Source: an uncultured virus (IMG/VR IMGVR_UViG_3300044637_000715)
Lineage: Duplodnaviria; Heunggongvirae; Uroviricota; Caudoviricetes
IMG/VR virus record: IMGVR_UViG_3300044637_000715
Strand: one strand, 5' to 3'
DNA length: 64,000 nucleotides
Below, in pieces: positions 1-7,688 of the stretch. Position 1 is the first letter of the stretch. The number at the start of each line of letters is the position of its first letter. The notes under the pieces were generated by a model. That model was not told where the DNA came from. It did not search any database and worked only from the letters and a program-made list of their open reading frames with translations. A program made the translations under genes and the position numbers.

Positions 1-126
1 GCTGTTATTCGTGCTATTGTGAATGAACATCAATACTATCAGTGTTGTAGAGACCAGGATATAGAAGATATGGTAGTTGATGCTCGATTGCTTTATGAAC
101 TTGCTGATGAACTGGAGGCACTATGA
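1..126 (+). CDS. hypothetical protein, 5'-truncated by window edge
   Basis: Open frame from base 1 to TGA at 124-126, overlapping the next ATG (ATGA coupling). Confidence 0.6.
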   Translation, partial: AVIRAIVNEHQYYQCCRDQDIEDMVVDARLLYELADELEAL

Positions 127-290
127 AACTCTACAGATACAAGAAAGACGGACACCTTTATACTCTCTATGAGCAGTTGAGACCATTCTATAATCTTGTA
201 GCAGTTCCTTATTTTCCCAATCAAGGTATTCTTGCTAAAAGTAAGAGGAGTATTTCTATGAATGATTTTATCGTTGTTGCTGAACGATGA
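123..290 (+). CDS. hypothetical protein (55 aa, MKLYRYKKDG...)
   Basis: Read manually; GGAGG RBS upstream; ATGA coupling at both ends. Confidence 0.7.
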   Translation: MKLYRYKKDGHLYTLYEQLRPFYNLVAVPYFPNQGILAKSKRSISMNDFIVVAER

Positions 291-496
291 CTGACGAAGA
301 ATGGGAAACCGCACTCAAAAGTATGAATGAGGATTATGAAAACATCAAGAAAATTGCTGAGGAACTACGGATTTGTGCTTGTTCTTGGGAACCAAATGTA
401 AGACTTCTTGGTAATGTGAATGCAAAAGATATTGAGCATCTTTGTAATTATGTGATTTACGAGGAACAGAGGACACTTGAAGAACTGGCACAGTAG
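287..496 (+). CDS. hypothetical protein
   Basis: ORF track; coupled start; 3' end runs through promoter cassette 1. Confidence 0.7.
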   Translation: MTDEEWETALKSMNEDYENIKKIAEELRICACSWEPNVRLLGNVNAKDIEHLCNYVIYEEQRTLEELAQ

Positions 497-527
497 GCAT
501 CCAGAGTGGTCTGTGATGCCTTATAAT
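470..527 (+). promoter_or_regulatory. palindrome-promoter cassette 1
   Basis: aggacacttgaagaactggcac 470-491; TATAAT 522-527 (offset 52). Confidence 0.8.
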
Positions 528-551
528 AGTAGGACAAACAAAGGAACTCCA

Positions 552-767
552 ATGACTGAACAAGAACTAATGGAACTCTGGGGAGATGGAACAGAGTTTG
601 GGATGAGTACTCTTGGTGCTGGTGTAATGACTGGTGCTATGAACAACGCATTTCGTGAGGTTGCTACGAAGTTTGCTCAACGAGTTGCTGAAATTGAATA
701 TGAAAGAGGTTATACTGATGGTTGGGATAGAGAAAAATATTCTGGACTTGTAGGAGACCCACAATGA
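552..767 (+). CDS. hypothetical protein (MTEQELMELW...)
   Basis: Start moved to ATG 552, after AAGGA RBS and cassette 1. Confidence 0.7.
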   Translation: MTEQELMELWGDGTEFGMSTLGAGVMTGAMNNAFREVATKFAQRVAEIEYERGYTDGWDREKYSGLVGDPQ

Positions 768-937
768 CCCTTTCCGCAATCTACTATCATCACTCCCACC
801 TTCTTCCTATTGTTGCTTATAGTTCAAGTAAAGAAAATTTTGTTAGAGTGTGTGAAACCAACCAAGTTGATTGGGCACATTTGATTCATAAGGAAACAGG
901 AGAAATCCTACACACTTGGAGGAAAGAAAATGAATGA
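764..937 (+). CDS. hypothetical protein (57 aa, MTLSAIYYHH...)
   Basis: Read manually; fills the gap and overlaps both neighbours. Confidence 0.6.
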   Translation: MTLSAIYYHHSHLLPIVAYSSSKENFVRVCETNQVDWAHLIHKETGEILHTWRKENE

Positions 938-1136
938 TTGTTTGGGTGTTGTTGGTAAATGCACCGATTGTGAAAATCCTGTGTTAGAATACCTGTGTAA
1001 TCAATCTCTTTTGGAAGTGCGACCAGAAAGTAAAAACTTTGACTATTGGTTTTCTTGTAGTAATATTCTATGTAAAAATCATAGTGGTGGAGGTTCTTAT
1101 GGATATTATTATGATGATTGGGTGGATGTGAAATGA
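930..1136 (+). CDS. small Cys-rich, possibly Zn-binding protein
   Basis: CTDC...CSNILCKNH; GGAGG RBS. Confidence 0.65.
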   Translation: MNDCLGVVGKCTDCENPVLEYLCNQSLLEVRPESKNFDYWFSCSNILCKNHSGGGSYGYYYDDWVDVK

Positions 1137-1156
1137 AATCCTTCAACATTAATACC

Positions 1157-1496
1157 AAGGAGTTGATTATTGATTATGACTGAACCACTATACCTAACCG
1201 ATACTCATAAAATTCGTAATATAAGTGATACTGACTTTCAGTATTCTTTTCAATTTTGGATTGATGAAGGAACTCATCACGAACTTACTGGTAAATGGAG
1301 TGATTGGGAGTTTTTGAAGTTGTATGATACTCTTGATGAAGTAAAAACTATGATTGATGATGAAAACTCTTCGTGGTTTATAATTCATCAAATAAATGAT
1401 AAATTTGTGTTTATTGACTTACGAAAAGGTGAGGTAAAGTAAAATGACTGAAATTGAAAAAACAGAAGGAGTTGATTATTGATTATGACTGAACCA
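1157..1496 (+). repeat. 31-bp direct repeat (1157-1187 and 1466-1496) containing RBS and start codon
   Basis: aaggagttgattattgattatgactgaacca occurs twice, identically. Confidence 0.9.
1176..1442 (+). CDS. hypothetical protein
   Basis: ORF track; ATG lies inside the repeat. Confidence 0.7.
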   Translation: MTEPLYLTDTHKIRNISDTDFQYSFQFWIDEGTHHELTGKWSDWEFLKLYDTLDEVKTMIDDENSSWFIIHQINDKFVFIDLRKGEVK

Positions 1497-1619
1497 ACCG
1501 ACGAACAAATTGATGAACTTTGGGATGAGATTGGAGGGTATTACAATCTTTATCCCGAAGTTAGAAATACTATTCGTGAAGCACTTCATCGTTGGGGAAA
1601 TATTGGGGATGAGGAATGA
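1485..1619 (+). CDS. hypothetical protein (44 aa, MTEPTDEQIDELW...)
   Basis: Read manually; ATG in second repeat copy; coupled to next gene. Confidence 0.65.
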   Translation: MTEPTDEQIDELWDEIGGYYNLYPEVRNTIREALHRWGNIGDEE

Positions 1620-1819
1620 CTAAACTATCAGCAGCAGACCTTATGGTAATCCATAATACTCTTTATAAAAGTTTGAGTGTCGTTGGAAATAGCATTTGGA
1701 CACAAGAAACCAGAGAAAGAGTTATGGATAAGGTGTCTATTATTATGGAACAAATGAACGCAGAAGTTGTCTGTGGTGATGTAGAACCTATTGTAGTGAG
1801 TGGAGATTTGGGAGGATGA
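1616..1819 (+). CDS. hypothetical protein
   Basis: ORF track; ATGA coupling; GAGGA RBS. Confidence 0.7.
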   Translation: MTKLSAADLMVIHNTLYKSLSVVGNSIWTQETRERVMDKVSIIMEQMNAEVVCGDVEPIVVSGDLGG

Positions 1820-2076
1820 CTAACCCACTCATAGAAAAATATAATGAACTCTACAATCCAAAACCACCAGAACCTCCAAAACCAGTAGAGAAACCAAAAC
1901 TATCAAAACTTAAATCTTATGACCTTGATGACTTGAAAGCATCTTTTCAACAAGTAGCAGAAAAAATCAAAAATGGTGAGGCACAGGTGGTAAGTATGAA
2001 TATGGAAATGGGACATAAGTATATCAATACTACTGGTGCTAGAATTACCTTTGAGGTTTCTTTGGATGACTATTGA
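1816..2076 (+). CDS. hypothetical protein
   Basis: ORF track; GGAGG RBS. Confidence 0.7.
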   Translation: MTNPLIEKYNELYNPKPPEPPKPVEKPKLSKLKSYDLDDLKASFQQVAEKIKNGEAQVVSMNMEMGHKYINTTGARITFEVSLDDY

Positions 2077-2218
2077 AGAACTCCAAAAGTTCTTGGATGA
2101 TAATAACATCACACTTGAAGAGTATATGAGAGCAAATATGATTACTGATGAAGACAGGAAATATTTTGATAAGATATGGATGGATGCGATTTATAAGAAC
2201 TTGGGTGAGGACACTTGA
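2066..2218 (+). CDS. hypothetical protein (MTIEELQKFL...)
   Basis: ORF track, start moved to ATG 2066; stop codon inside cassette 2. Confidence 0.65.
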   Translation: MTIEELQKFLDDNNITLEEYMRANMITDEDRKYFDKIWMDAIYKNLGEDT

Positions 2219-2265
2219 TGAACTGGCACAGGGGATGCTCTGGGTGCCTCTGTGGGTGGTATGAT
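2208..2265 (+). promoter_or_regulatory. palindrome-promoter cassette 2
   Basis: aggacacttgatgaactggcac 2208-2229; TGG-TATGAT 2260-2265 (offset 52). Confidence 0.8.
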
Positions 2266-2290
2266 ACTCTCATACACAAAGGAACTCCAA

Positions 2291-2575
2291 ATGCTTGATG
2301 CCTTTACTGATTATCCTATTCCATCTTATGGTGATGTTGAGGGAGAAAAAGCACCTATTCGTAAGGCAACAATCCTGACTTATGATAGGAATAAGTATTG
2401 TGATGTTCTTGTTTATCAAGTAGATGGAGATGGTGATTTGAGAGGAACTGTTGTGAATTTCAAGCAGTTCTATCTCTATAAAAATGAAGCACGACTTGAT
2501 GATGGCATTCAATTTACTGATGAAGAACTGGAAACTCTTCCTTTTACCGAAATAACTTATCCTCATTCCATTTGA
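2291..2575 (+). CDS. hypothetical phage protein (MLDAFTDYP...)
   Basis: ATG after AAGGA RBS; same caaaggaactccaa leader as 552. Confidence 0.75.
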   Translation: MLDAFTDYPIPSYGDVEGEKAPIRKATILTYDRNKYCDVLVYQVDGDGDLRGTVVNFKQFYLYKNEARLDDGIQFTDEELETLPFTEITYPHSI

Positions 2576-2604
2576 TATAATACTCTCATACACACAGACA
2601 CCTG

Positions 2605-3147
2605 ATGACTGTTTCCACAACTGACCTTCTTGAACTTTTCACTTACGCAACTCAACTTGGTCTTTCTTATGATGTGAAGGAAGATACGGATGGTGATTAC
2701 AAAATCAGGTTCTATGAACTTTATACCAATAACTTTGATGAAACAACCTTTATCACTAAAGAATGTGAAAGTAATTGGTATAATTCTGGTTGTTCTTTTG
2801 ACTATCTAATGGATACTTTTGTGAGTATGTTGAAACAAAAAGAAGAAGAGAAACTCAAAGAACAAAAACGACAAGAACTGATTGCTCGTTTGACTGATGA
2901 AGAATTTCTAAAAGAAAAAGCAACAAAAGCAGCAAATGCTCTCCATATGCCTTTGGGTGACATTGAACCACTGAAACTACTACAACTCTATAAGTATTTG
3001 TATGTTCTTGTGGGTGGTGATGAAGAACTTATGATACACTGGTTGAATCAACATAATACACATCTTGGGTTCAATCCTGCAGCACACTTGACTGATGCCC
3101 GTATGGATGATACGATAAGGTATCTTCAGGGAATGGTAGAGCACTGA
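2605..3147 (+). CDS. hypothetical fusion protein with C-terminal MbcA/ParS/Xre-antitoxin-like domain
   Basis: C-terminal ELMIHWLNQHNTHLGFNPA resembles the WL..PN..L...P motif; TATAAT at 2576. Confidence 0.55.
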   Translation: MTVSTTDLLELFTYATQLGLSYDVKEDTDGDYKIRFYELYTNNFDETTFITKECESNWYNSGCSFDYLMDTFVSMLKQKEEEKLKEQKRQELIARLTDEEFLKEKATKAANALHMPLGDIEPLKLLQLYKYLYVLVGGDEELMIHWLNQHNTHLGFNPAAHLTDARMDDTIRYLQGMVEH

Positions 3148-3470
3148 TGAATTGGTTTGAGTATTATTTCGGACACTGCTTTCAAACTGGTTGGAGGGAG
3201 ATGTGGAACAACTTCAAGATGTGGAGAGACCTTATTAGTGGAAACTATAAGGACTATGCTCTTCTAAAAACTGACGACCCATATGAAGAATGTTATAATT
3301 GGTTCTGGTGTTCTATCAATATGGATGAAACTTTACCAAAAGAGTTTCTTGAGTACCTTATGGAAATGTGCGATAGAATTGATAGAGGTGAAGAGAAACT
3401 GATTCCTATGGATGAAGATTTTGTTAATAATCTCAAAGACCTTGTGAAAGATGTGGAGTTAGATGACTGA
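3147..3470 (+). CDS. hypothetical cyanophage protein
   Basis: ORF track; coupled start. Confidence 0.75.
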   Translation: MNWFEYYFGHCFQTGWREMWNNFKMWRDLISGNYKDYALLKTDDPYEECYNWFWCSINMDETLPKEFLEYLMEMCDRIDRGEEKLIPMDEDFVNNLKDLVKDVELDD

Positions 3471-3648
3471 ATTTAATTTAGAAGAAAAAAAGATTATCTA
3501 TAATGCTGTAAGATTATATCAAATGAATAAAGTTGGTTTAACATCTAAATCATATCAAGTTTGTGATGATATATTGAATAGGTTATTTGTTGAGGTCAAG
3601 GGACCAGATGCGAAAGTGTCCCCTGTACCCCCCAAAGCACCAGAGTAG
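3463..3648 (+). CDS. hypothetical protein
   Basis: ORF track; GGAG RBS; 3' end overlaps cassette 3. Confidence 0.7.
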   Translation: MTEFNLEEKKIIYNAVRLYQMNKVGLTSKSYQVCDDILNRLFVEVKGPDAKVSPVPPKAPE

Positions 3649-3658
3649 GTGCTATGAT
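3601..3658 (+). promoter_or_regulatory. palindrome-promoter cassette 3 (degenerate)
   Basis: ggaccagatgcgaaagtgtccc 3601-3622; TGC-TATGAT 3653-3658 (offset 52). Confidence 0.65.
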
Positions 3659-3680
3659 ACTTGTATCAATGACCTGATTG

Positions 3681-3944
3681 ATGATTTACTCTAATCTTTC
3701 TAAAATCAAACCTAAACTTCGTACTCAAGGTAATGTAACTGGCAATTTTGGAAGAGCAAAAACAAAAGCAGGTTCTTCTATGCGTGATATTGGTGTCACA
3801 AATGTTAAAGTTGTGAATATCACAAAACAAGAAGACTATCTAAAGAGATTGTATGCTGCTTTTGAAAGTACAAACGACGAAAAACTAAAGAAGTTTATAT
3901 ATACTGAAATTAAAAAAATTATGATTCAACGAGGTGAATGGTAA
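3681..3944 (+). CDS. conserved cyanophage hypothetical protein
   Basis: SNLSKIKPKLRTQGNVTGNFG motif; follows cassette 3. Confidence 0.75.
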   Translation: MIYSNLSKIKPKLRTQGNVTGNFGRAKTKAGSSMRDIGVTNVKVVNITKQEDYLKRLYAAFESTNDEKLKKFIYTEIKKIMIQRGEW

Positions 3945-4132
3945 TGGAATCCAAAATCATCTATTCTTATGCTGAAATCGAAAAAGCATACAAGATTCTC
4001 AAAGAAGTTGTAGAACGTGAAAATAAACTTCACGAGATGGATATGACTATTATTGGAACTCATTTGGAAACTATTCAATATGAAATTCTTCCTGCACTGG
4101 AAGAGATTGTTTATTATGACCCCACTCCATAG
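3944..4132 (+). CDS. hypothetical protein
   Basis: ORF track; TAATG coupling. Confidence 0.7.
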   Translation: MESKIIYSYAEIEKAYKILKEVVERENKLHEMDMTIIGTHLETIQYEILPALEEIVYYDPTP

Positions 4133-4136
4133 TCGT

Positions 4137-4193
4137 GTGCCACTTGTTCTAGTGGCACAGTAAAAGAGCACAGACCATAAACTGTGGTATTCT
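4137..4193 (+). promoter_or_regulatory. palindrome-promoter cassette 4
   Basis: gtgccacttgttctagtggcac 4137-4158; gagcacagacc; TGG-TATTCT 4188-4193 (offset 51). Confidence 0.85.
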
Positions 4194-4239
4194 TAAAGGG
4201 TGGTTGAGACAGAGACCACAATTCTTTTTCTTTATTAAA

Positions 4240-4494
4240 ATGAACTCAACACTTGGATTTCCTCCTGCTGATGACCTTTATGGTAATCTACAGAAGATTG
4301 ATTATGTGAAGTTTGGTGAAAGCATCATCTTTGTTGTTGCTACGATTTGTGCGATTGTTGTTGGTGTAGTTTCTTATTTTGCTACTGTTGCACAACTGTG
4401 GTGGTTGGATAATGGTGAAACTATTGTAAATAGTGTTAAGACAAACAGCAATCGTGTTGTTGATTTTGTTTTTTATACTTCTACCGACCAATGA
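4240..4494 (+). CDS. hypothetical membrane protein
   Basis: Hydrophobic segment IIFVVATICAIVVGVVSYF; ATG 4240. Confidence 0.7.
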   Translation: MNSTLGFPPADDLYGNLQKIDYVKFGESIIFVVATICAIVVGVVSYFATVAQLWWLDNGETIVNSVKTNSNRVVDFVFYTSTDQ

Positions 4495-4718
4495 TTTCTG
4501 CTAAGTCTCTGAATAAAATTGCTGCTGCACTTGCACCAGAAGTTGTAGAATATATCTACAACGATGAACGATGGATTGGGTTTCTTATTCAAATGATTTC
4601 TGATGCAGTAGTAGATAAAATGGGACAACTTGATTACGATTTGCACGGTAATTTGTGCTATGCCATTTCAGAAAACATTGGTCTTTCTGGTGGGGACACT
4701 TGCCGAACTGTCTATTGA
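4491..4718 (+). CDS. hypothetical cyanophage protein
   Basis: ORF track; coupled; ends in cassette 5. Confidence 0.7.
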   Translation: MISAKSLNKIAAALAPEVVEYIYNDERWIGFLIQMISDAVVDKMGQLDYDLHGNLCYAISENIGLSGGDTCRTVY

Positions 4719-4750
4719 CGGTTGCAAGTGCCCCTTTTTTGTGCTATGAT
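4693..4750 (+). promoter_or_regulatory. palindrome-promoter cassette 5
   Basis: gggacacttgccgaactgtcta 4693-4714; TTGCAA-17-TATGAT with TG extension (offset 52). Confidence 0.8.
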
Positions 4751-4772
4751 TACGGAGTAAATCAATCAAACG

Positions 4773-4904
4773 ATGAACCAGATTTCAACTTACAATTTCA
4801 CTGGTGATGGGACTACTATTGCTGGTTTGGGTGGTCTTATTTTTACTTTTGTTATTCTTATTACTGTTTTTCGTAGTTATTTCAATTCTCCTTTCAACAA
4901 ATGA
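4773..4904 (+). CDS. small single-pass membrane protein (43 aa)
   Basis: Read manually: MNQISTYNFTGDGTTIAGLGGLIFTFVILITVFRSYFNSPFNK. Confidence 0.7.
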   Translation: MNQISTYNFTGDGTTIAGLGGLIFTFVILITVFRSYFNSPFNK

Positions 4905-5122
4905 ATTACTCAAAGTCTATTCAAGATTACGAAAAAGAACTCAAAGAAGCAAAGAAGAAGTATGATAAACTTCTCAAGCAAATGAAGAAAGCAAGGTCTT
5001 CATTTCAATACGAAAATCTTGCTGATGAAGCAGAAGTTCTGTATGAAGATATTGCTGAACTTCAAATGATTATCACTGATTTGCGAAAGCAAAAGAAACT
5101 TGCTGAAATTGATGCTGTTTGA
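4901..5122 (+). CDS. coiled-coil hypothetical protein
   Basis: ORF track; ATGA coupling. Confidence 0.7.
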   Translation: MNYSKSIQDYEKELKEAKKKYDKLLKQMKKARSSFQYENLADEAEVLYEDIAELQMIITDLRKQKKLAEIDAV

Positions 5123-5352
5123 TGACTGACCTTTACAAAGAAATCTTGGAGTTTAACAAAATGTCTCTCAATCGTGAAAAACTCATTGAAGATTATGCAC
5201 AACAAATAATGGATTCAATGGATATGAAGACAATGGAGTGTTTTGTTTATGATACTCTTGTTTCCAATCTCAATGAGTATAATGATGAAGAACTCATCAC
5301 AGAAGTAAAAGAATACAATCCAGAATTGCTGGAGGACGTTGAGACCTTGTGA
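5122..5352 (+). CDS. hypothetical cyanophage protein
   Basis: ORF track; stop codon inside cassette 6. Confidence 0.7.
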   Translation: MTDLYKEILEFNKMSLNREKLIEDYAQQIMDSMDMKTMECFVYDTLVSNLNEYNDEELITEVKEYNPELLEDVETL

Positions 5353-5406
5353 CACTTTTTTAGGTGGCACACAACACTTTCCAAACGGTCCTGACCATGC
5401 TATGAT
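5349..5406 (+). promoter_or_regulatory. palindrome-promoter cassette 6 (upstream of small ORF and tRNA cluster)
   Basis: gtgacacttttttaggtggcac 5349-5370; TGC-TATGAT 5401-5406 (offset 52). Confidence 0.85.
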
Positions 5407-5429
5407 GTATTCATCAAGTCAAGGAGGTT

Positions 5430-5576
5430 ATGATGATTGACACTTGCGTTCTTCACGATGATTACGAGGACTTTGCTAAAAAGTTTCTCGGTGTTGATTA
5501 TGAAGACTACATTAGTCTTCAACTTGGTCTTCCTGACGAAGATGAAATTGAAATTGAATATCCTTTGGGTGTTTAA
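5430..5576 (+). CDS. small acidic protein (48 aa, MMIDTCVLHDDYEDF...)
   Basis: Read manually; perfect AAGGAGGT RBS. Confidence 0.7.
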   Translation: MMIDTCVLHDDYEDFAKKFLGVDYEDYISLQLGLPDEDEIEIEYPLGV

Positions 5577-5586
5577 TTTCTTTTTT

Positions 5587-5675
5587 GGAAGTGTGGCAGA
5601 GTGGTTTAATGCAGGAGATTGCTAATCTCCCGATGTTCTTTAGGGCATCCGTTGGTTCAAATCCAACCACTTCCG
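5587..5675 (+). tRNA. tRNA-Ser(GCT)
   Basis: Acceptor ggaagtg/cacttcc; anticodon arm ggaga-ttGCTaa-tctcc; long variable arm; T arm gttgg-ttcaaat-ccaac. Confidence 0.93.
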
Positions 5676-5679
5676 CCTC

Positions 5680-5751
5680 GGGTTATTAACTCAGTGATAG
5701 AGTATTCGGCTTTTAACCGATTAGTCGTTGGTTCAAATCCAACATAACCCA
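5680..5751 (+). tRNA. tRNA-Lys(TTT)
   Basis: Acceptor gggttat/ataaccc; anticodon loop ctTTTaa; T arm gttgg-ttcaaat-ccaac; short D loop lacking GG. Confidence 0.88.
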
Positions 5752-5754
5752 TCT

Positions 5755-5827
5755 GGAAATATAGCTTAGTTGGTAAAGCATTCGACTGATAATCGAAAGA
5801 CCACTGGTTCAAGTCCAGTTATTTCCA
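5755..5827 (+). tRNA. tRNA-Ile(GAT)
   Basis: Acceptor ggaaata/tatttcc; anticodon arm ttcga-ctGATaa-tcgaa; T arm actgg-ttcaagt-ccagt. Confidence 0.93.
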
Positions 5828-5870
5828 TTGGGTATAACAATACCCAAACATTCACCTTGCTTTTATTATA

Positions 5871-6089
5871 ATGTCTGCCAAACTGGTTGCTCTTGCTGCT
5901 GAACTCGTTGATACCAATCCTGCTGGTGCTCAACTGATTGTAAATATCACGAAAGCAGAAACTGGTGCTGAACTCGTAGAAGCACTGGATAATTATGATT
6001 CTACTGTTCTTGAGAACTACACTCAAGCAGTTGATGATGATGGTTATGTGTCTCTGACTGATGTTGATGGTGCTGTGACTGCTCTCTGA
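5871..6089 (+). CDS. hypothetical protein
   Basis: ORF track; phage-like codon usage. Confidence 0.7.
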   Translation: MSAKLVALAAELVDTNPAGAQLIVNITKAETGAELVEALDNYDSTVLENYTQAVDDDGYVSLTDVDGAVTAL

Positions 6090-6095
6090 TAAAAA

Positions 6096-6158
6096 GAACA
6101 GGTTTTAACTCTGATTTGTTATTTGACATCTAGATAATAAAAGAGTTAAAATCTGTTC
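6096..6158. repeat. 17-bp inverted repeat upstream of HNH gene
   Basis: gaacaggttttaactct 6096-6112 / agagttaaaatctgttc 6142-6158, one G-U pair. Confidence 0.75.
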
Positions 6159-6182
6159 ACTTATAAATTCATATAAAGGTCG

Positions 6183-6659
6183 ATGGACTATCTAAAACTT
6201 GAACCATACCAAACCATACTTGTTCTAAACGCAAGTTTTGAACCTCTTAACTTTTGTAATTGGAAAAGAGCAATTGTGCTTCTTATGAAAAATAAAGCAC
6301 AAGCACTCGGTAAGAGAGTGATTCGATTGGTAAATTATATTAAGTTACCATATGAAAAACTAATGCAAACCAAACCATCACGAACTATGATTTATAAACG
6401 TGATGGGCATAAGTGTCAGTATTGTGGTTCGACAAGAGAATTAACTATCGACCATATTATTCCACGTTCTCGTGGTGGTGAAGATACTTGGGAAAATCTT
6501 GTGGTTGCTTGTATGCCTTGTAATATGAGAAAAGGCAACAAACTACTTGAAGATACTAATATGATTCTTCAAACTATTCCAAAGAAACCATTTAATAAAA
6601 TGTTATTTTCTTTAGATAGAGCAAATGTTCCTGAGTGGAAAGAGTATTGCTATAGTTGA
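6183..6659 (+). CDS. HNH endonuclease (McrA-like, cyanobacterial type)
   Basis: LVLNASFEPL N-terminus; RDGHKCQYCG...LTIDHIIPRSRGG..TWENLVVACMPCN. Confidence 0.92.
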   Translation: MDYLKLEPYQTILVLNASFEPLNFCNWKRAIVLLMKNKAQALGKRVIRLVNYIKLPYEKLMQTKPSRTMIYKRDGHKCQYCGSTRELTIDHIIPRSRGGEDTWENLVVACMPCNMRKGNKLLEDTNMILQTIPKKPFNKMLFSLDRANVPEWKEYCYS

Positions 6660-6660
6660 T

Positions 6661-6718
6661 GTGCCACTTCTTCTAGTGGCACAATAAACCCCCACAGACC
6701 TCCCTGATGCCCTATAAT
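6661..6718 (+). promoter_or_regulatory. palindrome-promoter cassette 7
   Basis: gtgccacttcttctagtggcac 6661-6682; TATAAT 6713-6718 (offset 52). Confidence 0.85.
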
Positions 6719-6740
6719 AGGTTCATACCAAGGAAAGGAG

Positions 6741-6866
6741 ATGACTACCCCAAATTGGCAACATAACTCAGGAAAACAAAAGAATACTAAAGGAACTTGT
6801 AAGGGAAAACTTAAATCCCGCAAGCAAGCACTTCAACATCTCAAAAACAAACTGAACTTCAAATGA
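6741..6866 (+). CDS. small basic protein (41 aa, MTTPNWQHNSGKQK...)
   Basis: Read manually; AAGGAG RBS; coupled to next gene. Confidence 0.75.
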   Translation: MTTPNWQHNSGKQKNTKGTCKGKLKSRKQALQHLKNKLNFK

Positions 6867-7261
6867 CTACTGCGACTGCTGATAAGGTTCTTCAATACAC
6901 TCAAACTCTTTGTGAGGTTCTTCGCACTAACTATCAATCGCATCGTATTGATAATCACCGCAAATACATTGAAAAAGGTGAGAATGTAGAATATCATCAA
7001 GAGCAAATTGATAAACTTTGTGAAGGTGAAGATGTTCCAGAGTTTTATATCAATACTCTTCGCAAGTACCATAAGATTATAATGAGAGATTATAATCAAA
7101 GTCACGTTCATCTCTTTGTAGATAAAGAGACTGCTGATGTTTATAAACCAGCATCGTGGAAAGCACCTGCCAAAGGTATTCGGTACAACCTTCTTGATGA
7201 TAAGTCTCGTGAGGAAATGTATCAACGTGCTGATTGGAGTGGGCAATATTTGTATAAGTAA
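6863..7261 (+). CDS. conserved phage hypothetical protein
   Basis: VHLFVDKETADVYKPASWKAPAKGIRYNL motif, recalled as widespread in T4-like phages. Confidence 0.8.
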   Translation: MTTATADKVLQYTQTLCEVLRTNYQSHRIDNHRKYIEKGENVEYHQEQIDKLCEGEDVPEFYINTLRKYHKIIMRDYNQSHVHLFVDKETADVYKPASWKAPAKGIRYNLLDDKSREEMYQRADWSGQYLYK

Positions 7262-7279
7262 ATATAAATTTTATTTGAA

Positions 7280-7438
7280 ATGAATTCTAAAACTATTACT
7301 TACATCTTTCTTGCTTTTATTGCTATTCTTGGATGGAACGCATTTCTAATCAAACGTGATAAGAAAATGTTTGATATTTATGATAAAGCAGTGGGTATTG
7401 AAAGACTGAAACATCCTCCAAGTAATGAAATTAAATAG
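7280..7438 (+). CDS. small membrane-anchored protein (52 aa)
   Basis: Read manually: MNSKTITYIFLAFIAILGWNAFLIKRD... Confidence 0.65.
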   Translation: MNSKTITYIFLAFIAILGWNAFLIKRDKKMFDIYDKAVGIERLKHPPSNEIK

Positions 7439-7459
7439 TCTTGAATTAAATTAGTTCAA

Positions 7460-7651
7460 ATGCCAAGAATAACATTTGCAGAAGGAATTGAAGTTTACTA
7501 TCGTGGAATGTACGGTAAAGTTTATTTTGTCTGCGAAAAATACATTACAATTTGTGTTCGTAGAATGGAACACAAATCAAAGGATGTTTGTCTTTTAGTT
7601 TATCCAAATCAATATAATGAGGTTGTCCTTGTGAAGGAATCTACAAAGTAA
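7460..7651 (+). CDS. hypothetical cyanophage protein
   Basis: ORF track. Confidence 0.7.
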   Translation: MPRITFAEGIEVYYRGMYGKVYFVCEKYITICVRRMEHKSKDVCLLVYPNQYNEVVLVKESTK

Positions 7652-7688
7652 TCAATAAATAGTTTTACGAAATTAAAGTAAAACTATA

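Noticed and set aside
2513..2581. A sixteenth full cassette upstream of ORF 2605
   Set aside because: TATAAT and a shared leader are present, but there is no dyad at the 52-nt offset
4137..4158. 22-bp dyad as a terminator, CRP box or NtcA box
   Set aside because: No U-tract; many copies pair poorly as RNA; does not match TGTGA-N6-TCACA or GTA-N8-TAC
5437..6026. ORFs 5437-5625 and 5766-6026
   Set aside because: They overlap tRNA genes; the frame starting at 5430 has the RBS
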